Shown: positions 1 through 10,701, counted from the first letter of the stretch. The stretch: DNA of 64,000 bases from an uncultured Bacilli bacterium (GCA_934154785.1 CAKPGL010000001.1:366477-430476); one strand, 5' to 3'. Notes: generated from the letters alone by a model not told the origin. Numbers and translations: made by a program.

Positions 1-1527
1 GAAAGAACTGACGCTACTAAAGAAAAAACTGGTGTTAAAATAGAAGGTATTAGCGCAATTAATCCAGTAAATGGTAAAAGAATTCCTATTTGGATAAGTG
101 ATTATGTTTTAGCAAGTTATGGAACTGGGGCTATTATGGCTGTACCTGCTCATGATGAAAGAGATTATGCTTTTGCTAAAAAGTTTAATATTGATATTAT
201 TCCAGTTATCGAAGGTGGTAATACTTTAGAAGAAGCTTATGTTGGTGATGGTGTACATATTAATTCTGATTTCTTAGATGGTTTAAATAAAGAAGAATCT
301 ATTGAAAAAATGTTAAAATACTTAGAAGAAAATAAGATAGGTAAGAAGAAAGTTAACTATCGTTTACAAGATTGGGTATTCTCTCGTCAAAGATTCTGGG
401 GTGAACCAATCCCTATGATTTATTGTGAATCTTGTGGCTGGGTACCAGTACCAGAAAGGGAATTACCTGTAACATTACCAAATGTTGCATCTTATGAACC
501 AACTGATGATGGTGAGAGTCCACTTGCTAATATCACTGATTGGGTTAACACTATTTGTCCAAAATGTGGTGGCTCTGCTAAGAGAGAAACAGATACTATG
601 CCAAACTGGGCAGGCTCATCCTGGTATTATTTAAGATATATGGATGCTCACAATGATAAATGCTTTGTTAGTGAGGATGCTTTAAAATACTGGGGTATGG
701 TTGATTATTATAATGGTGGTATGGAACACGCTACTAGACATTTATTATATGCAAGATTTTGGCATAACTTCTTATATGATCAAGGTTTAGTACCATTTAG
801 TGAGCCATTTAAAAAACGTGTTGCACATGGTATGATTTTAGGTGCTAATGGCGAAAAAATGAGTAAATCAAAAGGTAATGTTGTTAATCCTGATGATATG
901 ATTAAGTCTTATGGTGCAGATGCATTAAGATGCTATGAACTATTTATTGGTGATTATACAGCTGATGCTTCTTGGAGTGAAGATGGATTAAAAGGATGTA
1001 AAAAATTCCTTGATAGAATTTATCGTTTAGGTACTAAGTTAAATGGTAATAGTGAATATACTAAAGAAGTAGAAATACTTATAAATCAAACTATTAAGAA
1101 AGTTACGGAAGATTTAGATAATATGAAGTATAATACGGCTGTATCCGCTCTTATGATTTTACTTAATGAATTAGAAAAATTAGATACAATTTCTAATAAA
1201 GATTATCGTACTTTACTTCATTTATTAAATCCTATTTCTCCACATATTACAGAAGAATTAAACGAAATGTACAACTTAGGAGATGCTTTATGTAATTCTA
1301 GTTTTCCTATATATGATGATTCTAAATTAACTAATGAAACATTTACTTTAGTAGTTCAAGTAAATGGTAAGGTTAGGGGAAAAATAGAAGTTAACTCTGA
1401 TACTACCAAAGAAGAGATGGAAGCAAAAGCTCTAGAAATAGATAATGTAAAAAAATACTTAGAGGGATTAACTATTGTTAAAATAGTTACTATTTCTGGT
1501 AAATTAGTCAGCATTGTTGCTAAATAA
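1..1527 (+). CDS. leuS: leucine--tRNA ligase, C-terminal part (5' end lies outside the window)
   Basis: Frame-1 ORF is open from position 1. The translation matches the LeuRS catalytic and C-terminal anticodon-binding region, including a KMSKS motif. Confidence 0.9.
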   Translation, partial: ERTDATKEKTGVKIEGISAINPVNGKRIPIWISDYVLASYGTGAIMAVPAHDERDYAFAKKFNIDIIPVIEGGNTLEEAYVGDGVHINSDFLDGLNKEESIEKMLKYLEENKIGKKKVNYRLQDWVFSRQRFWGEPIPMIYCESCGWVPVPERELPVTLPNVASYEPTDDGESPLANITDWVNTICPKCGGSAKRETDTMPNWAGSSWYYLRYMDAHNDKCFVSEDALKYWGMVDYYNGGMEHATRHLLYARFWHNFLYDQGLVPFSEPFKKRVAHGMILGANGEKMSKSKGNVVNPDDMIKSYGADALRCYELFIGDYTADASWSEDGLKGCKKFLDRIYRLGTKLNGNSEYTKEVEILINQTIKKVTEDLDNMKYNTAVSALMILLNELEKLDTISNKDYRTLLHLLNPISPHITEELNEMYNLGDALCNSSFPIYDDSKLTNETFTLVVQVNGKVRGKIEVNSDTTKEEMEAKALEIDNVKKYLEGLTIVKIVTISGKLVSIVAK

Positions 1528-1531
1528 AATA

Positions 1532-1571
1532 AAAAGTTACTTTATATGCTACTTATAAAGTAACTTTTTTG
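1532..1571 (+). terminator. rho-independent terminator after leuS
   Basis: Inverted repeat aaagttacttta...taaagtaacttt followed by a T-run. Confidence 0.6.
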
Positions 1572-1662
1572 TTGACAAAAAATAAACTCTTTGTTAAAAT
1601 AAAGACGTTTTAAAACTTATATTTGCTAGTACAGAAATATAACAAAATAGGAGGGTTTATAT

Positions 1663-2967
1663 ATGAAGAATTTAGAAGTAAATAAAAAATTACTTCAAAG
1701 TCTTGCTAAAAAGGGATCAAGTCTTGTTTTAGTAAGTTCTTTATTACTAGCAACACCTAACATATTACCAGTAAGCAGTAATTATGTATACGCTAGTAGT
1801 AGTGAAGAATTAGAAAATTTAACAGTAAAGGTAGGAATAAATTTATATCTAAACGATAAAGGATTTATACCAAAAGATGTAAATGGTAATGAAACATATC
1901 CATTTATCTTAAATGGAACTACATACGTACCAATAAGAGCCATAGCGGGATTATTTAACGCTAATATTAGTTGGGATGAAAGTAGTAATACAGTATCAAT
2001 AAATACAACAGGAGAAAGTGCCAAATTAACACATACACCAAGAATAACACAAGCTTTAGTAGATTATAATATTGGTGCAAAAAAGGGAACAAAACTAGTA
2101 ATAAATGGAGTAGAAGTAATACCAAAAGATGCGAATGGAAATATAAAAGATATATATGTCGCAAATGGAACAACATATGTACCAGTAAGAGCAGTATCAG
2201 AAGCATTAGGATTACCAATAACTTGGAGTGATAAAACAAATAGTGTATTTATAGGTAATCATAAGACTAGTGGTATAACTGTAGAGAATATTGATGATAT
2301 TTATAATTTTAACAGTTTATTAGATAAAGTATACAATGGAACACAATTTATGATGTTAGGCAAGGATGATGCAGGGAAATGGACTACGTTAGGAGCATCA
2401 TATTATACTCGATTTGCAGTAGTATTATTAGATGACGAGTACTATAACGATGATTTGTATAAAGAAATATTTTTAAATAATACTTTTAATCTTGATCGAT
2501 ATGGAGATGATTATAATTATGTCCCTGACGCTACTTCCACTTTTTCATTTAAAGAAGAATGTTTTAGAGAGATACAGTATTTTGGATATCAATATCAAGC
2601 TTTAATGAAAGCTGATGATTCTCCTTTTGATTGGAATAAAGTATTAATTAATCAAAAATATGCGGAATTTTTAAATAAATATCAAAATGTTATTTATATT
2701 GGCTACGAGCAAAACAATATTTTTAATATAAAAACGATGGTTGATAATTACATATCTGGTGTTGATAAAGAAGTGTATTATGGTTGTAATGTGATGTTAG
2801 ATTACTTGGTTGTTTCTTCTGCATTAGAAATTTATTATAACACTTCTGGTATATACTCTAAAACTTATGCAGATTTATATGATAGATATGAATTTTTAGA
2901 ATCAGAATTACTAAAAGAACAACAAAGAATTTATGATATAGTATTTTCTAAGAATTTAACAAAATAA
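1663..2967 (+). CDS. secreted protein with two copper-amine-oxidase N-terminal-like (stalk) repeats and a C-terminal domain of unknown function
   Basis: Signal peptide (KKGSSLVLVSSLLLATP). Two repeats, NGTTYVPIRAIAGLF...ISWDESSNTVSI and NGTTYVPVRAVSEALGLPITWSDKTNSVFI, are typical of the cu_amine_oxidN1 domain. Strong RBS AGGAGG. Confidence 0.55.
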   Translation: MKNLEVNKKLLQSLAKKGSSLVLVSSLLLATPNILPVSSNYVYASSSEELENLTVKVGINLYLNDKGFIPKDVNGNETYPFILNGTTYVPIRAIAGLFNANISWDESSNTVSINTTGESAKLTHTPRITQALVDYNIGAKKGTKLVINGVEVIPKDANGNIKDIYVANGTTYVPVRAVSEALGLPITWSDKTNSVFIGNHKTSGITVENIDDIYNFNSLLDKVYNGTQFMMLGKDDAGKWTTLGASYYTRFAVVLLDDEYYNDDLYKEIFLNNTFNLDRYGDDYNYVPDATSTFSFKEECFREIQYFGYQYQALMKADDSPFDWNKVLINQKYAEFLNKYQNVIYIGYEQNNIFNIKTMVDNYISGVDKEVYYGCNVMLDYLVVSSALEIYYNTSGIYSKTYADLYDRYEFLESELLKEQQRIYDIVFSKNLTK

Positions 2968-3049
2968 ATGTGGGCTTGCATCCTACATTTTTATTATATT
3001 TGTTGTAATTAAATTAAATTTATGCTAATATTTAATCATAGGTGATGCT

Positions 3050-3349
3050 ATGAAAAATGTAAAAAAAAGTGTGCTTTGCTTTTTTATTATTCTTGGTTTA
3101 ATGTATTGTGATGATGTTAGCGCTGCTAAGAAATATGATGCTACTACAAAAAACTATTCTGTTGGTGGGTGTAAAGATACGTATGCTTATTGTTGGCGCA
3201 ATTCTGGAACAGCATTTATGCTACAAGGTGTTAGAGTGAGTGCTTATAATGAAAATACTGAAAGAATTTCTGATATTGTTGATTTTACTAATGATTATAA
3301 TGCTGTTTCTATAATAAATAGTTCTTATTATTACACCCCAAATGTGTAA
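3050..3349 (+). CDS. small secreted Cys-rich protein, possibly the truncated 5' portion of a disrupted gene
   Basis: Signal peptide (LCFFIILGLMYCDDVSA); 99 aa. The next frame stays open for another 85 codons downstream (see the pseudogene feature). Confidence 0.4.
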   Translation: MKNVKKSVLCFFIILGLMYCDDVSAAKKYDATTKNYSVGGCKDTYAYCWRNSGTAFMLQGVRVSAYNENTERISDIVDFTNDYNAVSIINSSYYYTPNV

Positions 3350-3579
3350 AAAACCGAATTGATTATATAAATGTTAGTGGAGTCTCTAGAGATATTTCTC
3401 AACCAAAAATTGAATTCATTAATTTTAGATCATTTATTCAGGCAGACTTAACAACTAATACATCTATTCAAGATATATTTCGAAGTTCAACACTAGTAAC
3501 TATTGAAGATAAAATAAATCTTTGTAAAGGTAAGTATGCTAGTAATTGCAGTAATTTTTATAGTTGTGCTGATAAATAG
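3322..3579 (+). pseudogene. start-less 85-codon ORF in the -1 frame relative to 3050..3349; candidate frameshifted 3' part of the same gene
   Basis: The ORF has no ATG/GTG/TTG start and overlaps the TAA of the upstream ORF at an A6 run (3348-3353). The two pieces together would give a secreted protein of about 175 aa. Confidence 0.3.
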
Positions 3580-3712
3580 AATGGGATAGTATTAAAAACT
3601 ATTCTTTTTTTCTAAATAATATTTTTAAAAAGTATTGTTTAAACCTTATAAGCTGTGCTACAATTATAAAACATTATATTTATTTTGAATATTTTATAAA
3701 AGAGGGATAAAT

Positions 3713-4576
3713 ATGAATAGAAATATGGTAGTAAAAAAAGCTAGTTTATTTGGCATACTTGGTAATATATTTTTATTAATTATTAAAGGAACAATAGGAT
3801 TTACAACTAGAAGTCAATCTATGATAGCGGATTTTTTTAATAGTGCTGGGGATGTATTTTCATCATTTATGACATTTATTGGTAATAAGATAGCTAGTGT
3901 TCCTAATGATGATGATCATAATTTAGGTCATGGTAAAGCAGAGTATATATATTCAATGTTAATAAGTATTGTTATGCTATTAACGAGTTTATTAGTATTA
4001 AAAAATTCAATTTTATCAATATTTTTAAAAAAGAATTCAGAATTTTCGATATGGTTAATAGTTGTGTGTATAATAACCATTATAACTAAATTCACATTAT
4101 ATACTTATACAAATAAAATGTCTAAAGAGTTAAACAATTTATTATTGAAGACAAATTCTTTAGATCATAGAAATGATTGTATATTAACAACTCTTAACTT
4201 GTTTGCATGTTTAGCATCTTTAATAAATTTAAATTACATTGATGGCTTAGTTGGAAGCATTATATCTATTTGGCTTTTATTTTCATCTTTCAAGATATTT
4301 AAGGAAAGTTACGATGTACTTATTGATAAGTCTATGAACGAAGAACAAAGAAAAGAGGTTTATAATATAATAAAAAAATATGATTCAATAAAAAAAGTAA
4401 CCCATTTTAACTCTACACCAGTTGGTTATAAATATCAAATTTCTTTTTCTATATTTGTTGATGGTAATATGACTACTAAAGAAAGTCACGCTATTGCTGA
4501 TAAATTAGAAAAGGAAATAAGTGATACTCTAAATGATATTTATTTAACAGTAATTCATGTTAATCCTATCGAATAA
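3713..4576 (+). CDS. cation diffusion facilitator (CDF) family divalent-cation efflux transporter
   Basis: Six predicted TM helices plus a C-terminal cytoplasmic domain. CDF-like motifs include MIADFFNSAGDV and LGHGKAEYIYSM. RBS GAGGGA. Confidence 0.75.
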   Translation: MNRNMVVKKASLFGILGNIFLLIIKGTIGFTTRSQSMIADFFNSAGDVFSSFMTFIGNKIASVPNDDDHNLGHGKAEYIYSMLISIVMLLTSLLVLKNSILSIFLKKNSEFSIWLIVVCIITIITKFTLYTYTNKMSKELNNLLLKTNSLDHRNDCILTTLNLFACLASLINLNYIDGLVGSIISIWLLFSSFKIFKESYDVLIDKSMNEEQRKEVYNIIKKYDSIKKVTHFNSTPVGYKYQISFSIFVDGNMTTKESHAIADKLEKEISDTLNDIYLTVIHVNPIE

Positions 4577-4646
4577 ATATTGTTTAAATACTCTGCACAT
4601 GATATAATATAAATGTTATAATGCTTGGTAGAAATGAGTGTGAAGT

Positions 4647-5315
4647 ATGAATAACGAATTAGTAAATTTAGATGTAGATGAACAAACTAAAACAAATATA
4701 TTGTTTTTAATAATGAAAAGACTAACTGATATTACAATTGGTTTAATAGGTACAATTTTTTTAGTACCAATATCATTAGTTATAAAATTAGCTTTGATCA
4801 TTACAAAAGATAAAGGGCCACTATTTTTTAAACAGAAACGTGTTGGTAGATATGGAAAAGAAATATATATATATAAATTTCGTAGCATGATAGTTGGTGC
4901 AGAAGATGTATTAAAAGATTTAATGAGTAAAGATCCAAAAATAAAAAAAGAATATGAAACTAATAAAAAACTTGCTAATGATCCTAGAATAACTAAAGTA
5001 GGCAAATTTATTAGAAAAACTTGTATTGATGAAATGCCCCAATTTTTAAATCTTTTAAAAGGTGATATGTCTTTAATTGGACCTCGCCCTTATTTATTTG
5101 GTGAAGTTAAAGATATTGGTGATTCATTTGATACAATTGTATCAGTAAAACCAGGTATTACTGGTTTATGGCAAGTAAGTGAAAAAAGTGATATGTCATT
5201 TAAAAGAAGATGTGTAATTGATAAATATTACGCTAATAATTTAAATTTAAGATTAGATATAAAAATATTCTTTAAAACATTTTCAACAATTATTTTTAAC
5301 AAAGGAACAAAGTAG
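4647..5315 (+). CDS. bacterial sugar transferase (polyprenyl-phosphate hexose-1-phosphate transferase, WbaP/CpsE C-terminal-domain type)
   Basis: Single N-terminal TM helix, then KQKRVGRYGKEIYIYKFRSM ... DEMPQFLNLLKGDMSLIGPRP, the signature of the Bac_transf family. Confidence 0.8.
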   Translation: MNNELVNLDVDEQTKTNILFLIMKRLTDITIGLIGTIFLVPISLVIKLALIITKDKGPLFFKQKRVGRYGKEIYIYKFRSMIVGAEDVLKDLMSKDPKIKKEYETNKKLANDPRITKVGKFIRKTCIDEMPQFLNLLKGDMSLIGPRPYLFGEVKDIGDSFDTIVSVKPGITGLWQVSEKSDMSFKRRCVIDKYYANNLNLRLDIKIFFKTFSTIIFNKGTK

Positions 5316-5325
5316 GAGTGATTAC

Positions 5326-5847
5326 ATGGAAATATATATTCCAGACATTTATCAAAAGAGTATTTACGTTATAGATTATCAAAAATTAATAAATAGAGGT
5401 ATTAAGTGCTTATTATTTGATTTAGATAACACCTTAGTACCTATTAGTGATAAAAAGCCTAGTGAAAAATTAAAAAAATTTATTGATAAATTAAAAGAGA
5501 TGGGATTTAAGGTAGTAATATTTTCTAATAGTAATAAACATCGCTTATTGCCTTTTAAAAATGATTTAGATGTAGATTGTTCTGCTTCTAGTCATAAACC
5601 TCGTCCCACTAAGTTTTTACAGGTATTAAAATTATATGGTTACTCAATTAGTGAAGTTGCTATTATAGGAGATCAATTATTAACTGATGTATTAGGTGGT
5701 AATAGAATTGGTATAACTACTATTTTAGTTAACCCTATTAGCACTAAAGATTTCTTTTGGACAAGGTTTTCACGAAAAAAAGAAGCTAAAATAATGAACA
5801 AATTACGTGATAATGATTTGTTTGCTAAAGGAAGATATTATGAATAA
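5326..5847 (+). CDS. yqeG: YqeG-family HAD-IIIA phosphatase
   Basis: HAD motifs LLFDLDNTL and GDQLLTD. It is followed by yqeH, as in B. subtilis. Confidence 0.8.
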   Translation: MEIYIPDIYQKSIYVIDYQKLINRGIKCLLFDLDNTLVPISDKKPSEKLKKFIDKLKEMGFKVVIFSNSNKHRLLPFKNDLDVDCSASSHKPRPTKFLQVLKLYGYSISEVAIIGDQLLTDVLGGNRIGITTILVNPISTKDFFWTRFSRKKEAKIMNKLRDNDLFAKGRYYE

Positions 5848-6838
5848 GAAATGTATAGGTTGTGGCGCTACTTTACAAACAATTAATACTGAAGAAGTTG
5901 GATATGTTAGAGAGCAAAATCTAGAAAAGAGTAGTTTATGTGAAAGATGTTTTCGTATTAGAAATTATGGTGATTATAAAGTAGTTACCAAGGATAATGC
6001 CGAATATTTAAAAATACTAGAAAGTGTTAATACATCTAATGATTTAGTAGTATTAGTTGTAGATGTATTTAATATTAATGCTTATTTAAATAATCTTTCT
6101 AAAATATTAACTAATCCAATTCTTTTAGTTTTATCTAAAAGAGATATTTTACCTAAGGATATTTATGAACAAAAAATACTTGATTATATGGATAAATATA
6201 ATTTAAATATTGTAGACAAAATATTAATAAGTAGTAATAAAAATTATAATTTAGATGAATTATTTAGTATGATAAATAGTTATAAAAGGAGTAATAGAGT
6301 ATACGTAGTAGGAGAAAGTAATGCTGGTAAGTCTACTTTAATTAATAAATTATTGTATAATTATTCAGACAATAAAACAGTAATAACTACTAGTATGTTA
6401 CCATCTACTACTTTAGACACTATTGAAATAGAATTATCTAGTAGTTTAACATTAATAGATACCCCAGGTTTATTAAGTGATGGTAACATTACTAATATAC
6501 TAACTGGTAATGAATTAAAGAAAGTAGTACCTAGTAAAGAGATGAAACCACTTACTTATCAAATAAAAAGTAAACAATATATATTAATAGATAAATATGC
6601 TTATCTAGAGTTCATAGAACCTACTAATGTAACTTTATTTTTATCTAATAAATTAAGAATTGAGAGATTGTTTTCTTATAAAGGTAATAAAAAACTAGTA
6701 AAAAAGGCTTTATCTGTTAAAAATAATGAAGATATTGTTATAAATGGTTTATGTTTTATTAAAGTAAGTAAATCAGCTAAAATAAATATATATATTTTAG
6801 AAGGAGTTAATGTTTATTTAAGAGATTCTCTTATTTAA
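5840..6838 (+). CDS. yqeH: ribosome biogenesis GTPase YqeH
   Basis: N-terminal zinc ribbon (CIGCG...CERCFR) and a circularly permuted GTPase with GESNAGKST. Start taken at the ATG of MNKKCIGCG; the ORF track extends 33 nt further upstream. Confidence 0.8.
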   Translation: MNKKCIGCGATLQTINTEEVGYVREQNLEKSSLCERCFRIRNYGDYKVVTKDNAEYLKILESVNTSNDLVVLVVDVFNINAYLNNLSKILTNPILLVLSKRDILPKDIYEQKILDYMDKYNLNIVDKILISSNKNYNLDELFSMINSYKRSNRVYVVGESNAGKSTLINKLLYNYSDNKTVITTSMLPSTTLDTIEIELSSSLTLIDTPGLLSDGNITNILTGNELKKVVPSKEMKPLTYQIKSKQYILIDKYAYLEFIEPTNVTLFLSNKLRIERLFSYKGNKKLVKKALSVKNNEDIVINGLCFIKVSKSAKINIYILEGVNVYLRDSLI

Positions 6839-6936
6839 GAAATCAATCAATTATTAAATTTCTGATTAGAAATGATAATTGATTGATTTTTTTATCTATT
6901 AGTTATTTGGAATTGAAAAATATATAAAAAAATGTT

Positions 6937-8742
6937 ATGATAGTACTAGATTATGATAGGAGAATGTGTATGTTAGGAACAATTATAGGTACTAGTGATA
7001 ATGAAGTATTAATTAAATTAAATATTAATTTATATGAATTTGGTAGTTTAATCAATTATTATGTAATCATGGAACATGAAGATAGAAAAATAGTTGGAGA
7101 AATAGTTGATATTAAGGATAATATTGCTTATGCTAATTTACTTGGTGAAATTTTAGGTGAAAACTTTGTACCTGGAGTAATAAGAAAACCAGCTTTTTCA
7201 TCGACTGTAAAACTTGTATCAAAAGAAAAGGTGCCACTATTAATAAGTGTTGATAAATATGAAGAAAATAAACATCTTTATATTGGTAATAGTTCCGTTT
7301 ATGATAATGTACCAGTATGTGTTGACATTAACTCATTCTTTAGTAGCCACTTTGCTATATTTGGTTCTACTGGTAGTGGTAAATCCTGTGCCGTAGCGCG
7401 AATTTTACAAAATCTTTTTGAAAAACAACATTCTATTGCGTATAGAGCCAGTATGTTTATATTTGATGCTTATGGTGAATATCATAATGCATTTAAAAAT
7501 ATTAGTAGTAAAGTACCAGAGATAAGTTTTAAAGCTTATACTACGGATACGGGTATAACTGATGCAGAAGTATTAAAAATTCCACTTTGGTTATTAGATG
7601 TTGATGATGTAGCTATATTACTAGGTGCTGAAAATCATAACCAATTACCTATAATAGAAAAAGCTTTAAAGTTAGTTACAGTCTTTGGACAAGAAGAAAG
7701 TTTAGTTATAAAACATAAAAATGATATTATAGCGCGTGCTATTCTTGATATATTAACTAGTGGTAATTTACCTGCACAAATAAGAGATCAAATATTCTCA
7801 ATTTTATCTTATTATAATACTAAGGAATTAAACCTTGAAACAATAATATATCAACCGGGTTATAATCGCCCTTTAAAGCAGTGTTTATTAATAGATGCCA
7901 GTGGTAAGATTAGAGAAATTGATTTATTAACAACTTTCTTTGAAAGTTTCTTAGATGATTCTCTACAATTAAATTTACCAGATGGAACATTTAAATATAC
8001 TTTAAAAAATTTAGTTGATGCTTTTGACTTTGCTCTTATATCTGAAGGAGTATTAAAGAGTGATAAAGTATATGATGACGCTAATGTATTAAAGGTACGT
8101 TTACATTCTTTACTTAATAGTAATAAAAGTATTTATTTTGATGTGCCAGAATATATTACAAAACAACAATATATTAGAAACTTAATTACAGCCCCAAATG
8201 GTCGTAAAGCACAAATTATTAATTTCAATATTAACTCTGTAGATGATAGATTTGCTAAAGTAATTACTAAAATATATTCTAAATTATTATTTAGTTATGC
8301 TAAAGAATTAGAAAATAGAGCGTCTATTCCGTTCCATATATTACTAGAAGAAGCACACAGATATGTTCAAAATGATAGTGATATTAACTTATTAGGTTAT
8401 AATATATTTGATAGAATAGCTAAAGAGGGTAGAAAATATGGTGTACTTTTAGGGCTTATCACACAACGTCCTTCAGAAATGTCACCAACTACTTTATCAC
8501 AGTGTAATAACTTTATTATATTTAAGATGCAACACCCTATAGATGTAGATTATATTAGAGAAATGGTTCCTAATATTACTGATGAAACAGTAAAGAAACT
8601 TAAGATTTTACCTCCAGGAAATTGTATAGCTTTTGGATTAGCATTTAAAATACCAGTATTTATAAAATTAGCTATGCCAGATCCAGAACCATCTAGCAGT
8701 AGTTGTGATATTAGTGGTGTTTGGTTTGTAAATAAAGGATGA
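6937..8742 (+). CDS. HerA/FtsK-superfamily ATPase (DUF87-like) with an N-terminal HAS-barrel-like domain
   Basis: Walker A motif FGSTGSGKSC. HerA-type C-terminal motif GLITQRPSEMSPTTLSQCNNFIIFKMQHP. The N-terminal ~100 aa beta-rich region resembles a HAS barrel. The likely start is the ATG at 6970 (MLGTIIG), after a GGAG RBS. Confidence 0.6.
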   Translation: MIVLDYDRRMCMLGTIIGTSDNEVLIKLNINLYEFGSLINYYVIMEHEDRKIVGEIVDIKDNIAYANLLGEILGENFVPGVIRKPAFSSTVKLVSKEKVPLLISVDKYEENKHLYIGNSSVYDNVPVCVDINSFFSSHFAIFGSTGSGKSCAVARILQNLFEKQHSIAYRASMFIFDAYGEYHNAFKNISSKVPEISFKAYTTDTGITDAEVLKIPLWLLDVDDVAILLGAENHNQLPIIEKALKLVTVFGQEESLVIKHKNDIIARAILDILTSGNLPAQIRDQIFSILSYYNTKELNLETIIYQPGYNRPLKQCLLIDASGKIREIDLLTTFFESFLDDSLQLNLPDGTFKYTLKNLVDAFDFALISEGVLKSDKVYDDANVLKVRLHSLLNSNKSIYFDVPEYITKQQYIRNLITAPNGRKAQIINFNINSVDDRFAKVITKIYSKLLFSYAKELENRASIPFHILLEEAHRYVQNDSDINLLGYNIFDRIAKEGRKYGVLLGLITQRPSEMSPTTLSQCNNFIIFKMQHPIDVDYIREMVPNITDETVKKLKILPPGNCIAFGLAFKIPVFIKLAMPDPEPSSSSCDISGVWFVNKG

Positions 8743-9818
8743 TGAAAATGAGTAAGATAAACGATAATACTTACGTAAATAAAATAAAAAAAGAAATTAT
8801 GGAAGGTACTTTTGCTACGAAAGAAGATTTAATGAATTTTCTAATTAAAAATAGACAAAATATTTTAAATGATCCATTTTTTAATCAAGAATTAAATAAT
8901 TCATTTATAAAACTTAATTTGGAAACTATGAGTACTATGGAAAAAGAACTTTTAGAGTATTATGATAAAAGAAAAAATAATGATCTAAACTCTTTAAATT
9001 TAGATGGAGTATCAGGCTTTCAGGTTGATGATAAAGATTATATAAAATATAAAGATAAAGATGGAAATATTTCAGTTATTGATAATTCTCTTAGTAATAG
9101 AAACTTTGTGCAAGAATTTCAAGATAGACAAAATAATTTAGATTCAAATTCGCAAATGGATGCTGATAAAAGTAAAGAAGAGATAATGAATCAAATTACT
9201 AAAGAAAAAGTAAATGTTAATTTATCTAGTTCTAATGATGTAAATGTAAGAGATTTAACAGTAGAAGAAAAAAGACAATTTGCATCAATAATGCATTTAC
9301 CTGATGCTGATAATATTAACTTTTTAGTAGAACCAACAAGAAATATCTATATAAATAAAGATACTGGCGAAACTTATTTTGTAAATAAAAACCAGTATGG
9401 AGAGTTAGAAGTACATAAGGCAAATGAAGTAACTTCCGAAACCAAAAAAGAAGCTAGTGCCGTTATAAATAATAATGGTCAACAACAACAAGTAACAATG
9501 GAAACACCAATTGAGCCAAAATTTGAAGAACTTGGAGATTCTGATTTAGAGTACATTTATGAAAATAAATTAAATACCCTTACTTTAGAACAACAAGAAA
9601 GATTAAAAGAAATAATAAAAGAAAGAAAAGAAAAACAACTTGAACAATCATCTTTAGAAAAAAATAAAGTATCAGAAAAGCAATTTGTTAAAAAATTAAA
9701 TACTGTTTTACATACGCCTTATAATGGTTTTGTTAGTCTTGTTTTCTTATGTTCAACAGTAGGTTTCTTTGCCTTAGGATTCTTATTGTTAATAATGATT
9801 AAACTTAATATTAGTTAG
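8739..9818 (+). CDS. tail-anchored low-complexity/coiled-coil protein (hypothetical), translationally coupled to the HerA-like ATPase
   Basis: ATGA start/stop overlap with the upstream gene. N/Q/K/E-rich with a charged coiled-coil-like stretch (EQQERLKEIIKERKEKQLEQ). Single C-terminal TM helix (FVSLVFLCSTVGFFALGFLLLIMI). Confidence 0.45.
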   Translation: MMKMSKINDNTYVNKIKKEIMEGTFATKEDLMNFLIKNRQNILNDPFFNQELNNSFIKLNLETMSTMEKELLEYYDKRKNNDLNSLNLDGVSGFQVDDKDYIKYKDKDGNISVIDNSLSNRNFVQEFQDRQNNLDSNSQMDADKSKEEIMNQITKEKVNVNLSSSNDVNVRDLTVEEKRQFASIMHLPDADNINFLVEPTRNIYINKDTGETYFVNKNQYGELEVHKANEVTSETKKEASAVINNNGQQQQVTMETPIEPKFEELGDSDLEYIYENKLNTLTLEQQERLKEIIKERKEKQLEQSSLEKNKVSEKQFVKKLNTVLHTPYNGFVSLVFLCSTVGFFALGFLLLIMIKLNIS

Positions 9819-9831
9819 TAGGAGTTGAGTT

Positions 9832-10701
9832 ATGACTAGAGTAAATATTACGTATTTTTTAATTTTAATTACTTGGTACATTATATATATTATTTTTATG
9901 ATTTACTTATATTTTAGATATAGTAGACCATATAAAGTAAAAAAAATGTCTAAGTATTATAAAGATATCCCTGAAAAGCTAAATCCTACTGAACTTAGCA
10001 TGCTAATATATCATAAAATTACACCTAGTACTTTAAGTGCTACTATTGCATATTTAATTGAACAAGGATTAGTAATTAGAGATGGTAATATCTTAAGAAA
10101 AATAGAATCGGAACAATTATTATCTACAAGTCAAAATAGTGCTATTGAAATATTGTTTGATGTATTAGGTGATGGTAAGAAAGTAGATGTAACAAAAATA
10201 GATGGTTTTTGTCATAGTAATTCTACTGCTACAGATTATTTGTTAGCGTATGATATTTGGAATAATTTAGCTTTAAGAGAAGCTTCTAATAAACAATTTT
10301 ATGTTCAAAAACTAGATTATGAATTAGTAAGATGGTTTCAAATAATAGGTTATGTCTTGGCAGTTTTAAACTTTGTTTTTGGTATTCATAATGTAATGGG
10401 CTATGTAATTGTATTACCAGCATATTTTATATTACAATACTTTTATAAAACATATAAACGTACAAGAGAATATAATGAAGAATTTTATAAGTGGTTAGGG
10501 TTTGGTAATTATTTAGCAACATTTTCATCTAAAGATGAAATGAATGTAAATCATAGCACTGCCCTTGTATATAGTCTTATTTTAGATAAAGTATCACATA
10601 CAGAACAAGTATTACGTAATGAACAATTCTTAACTAATTTAGATAAATCACTACAAAAGTGTTATAGAAAGGCTTTCTTTTTTGGAAATAGGAAAATATA
10701 A
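9832..10701 (+). CDS. membrane protein (hypothetical; N-terminal TM helix, soluble domain, then two TM helices)
   Basis: Hydrophobic segments ITYFLILITWYIIYIIFMIYLYF and VLAVLNFVFGIHNVMGYVIVLPAYFILQYF. GGAG RBS. Sits 13 nt after the previous gene. Confidence 0.45.
   Translation: MTRVNITYFLILITWYIIYIIFMIYLYFRYSRPYKVKKMSKYYKDIPEKLNPTELSMLIYHKITPSTLSATIAYLIEQGLVIRDGNILRKIESEQLLSTSQNSAIEILFDVLGDGKKVDVTKIDGFCHSNSTATDYLLAYDIWNNLALREASNKQFYVQKLDYELVRWFQIIGYVLAVLNFVFGIHNVMGYVIVLPAYFILQYFYKTYKRTREYNEEFYKWLGFGNYLATFSSKDEMNVNHSTALVYSLILDKVSHTEQVLRNEQFLTNLDKSLQKCYRKAFFFGNRKI

Noticed and set aside
3347-3370. Apparent in-frame stop-codon readthrough of the 3050 ORF
   Set aside because: A careful recount of the A-run shows the downstream open frame is the -1 frame, not the same frame. 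In frame, a second stop follows after 6 codons. It is reported instead as a possible frameshift.
8739-9818. NurA-like nuclease partner for the HerA-like ATPase
   Set aside because: The protein is low-complexity and coiled-coil with a C-terminal TM anchor. I could not find an RNase-H-like DxD/DGS catalytic motif pattern. LDGVSG is the only loose resemblance.
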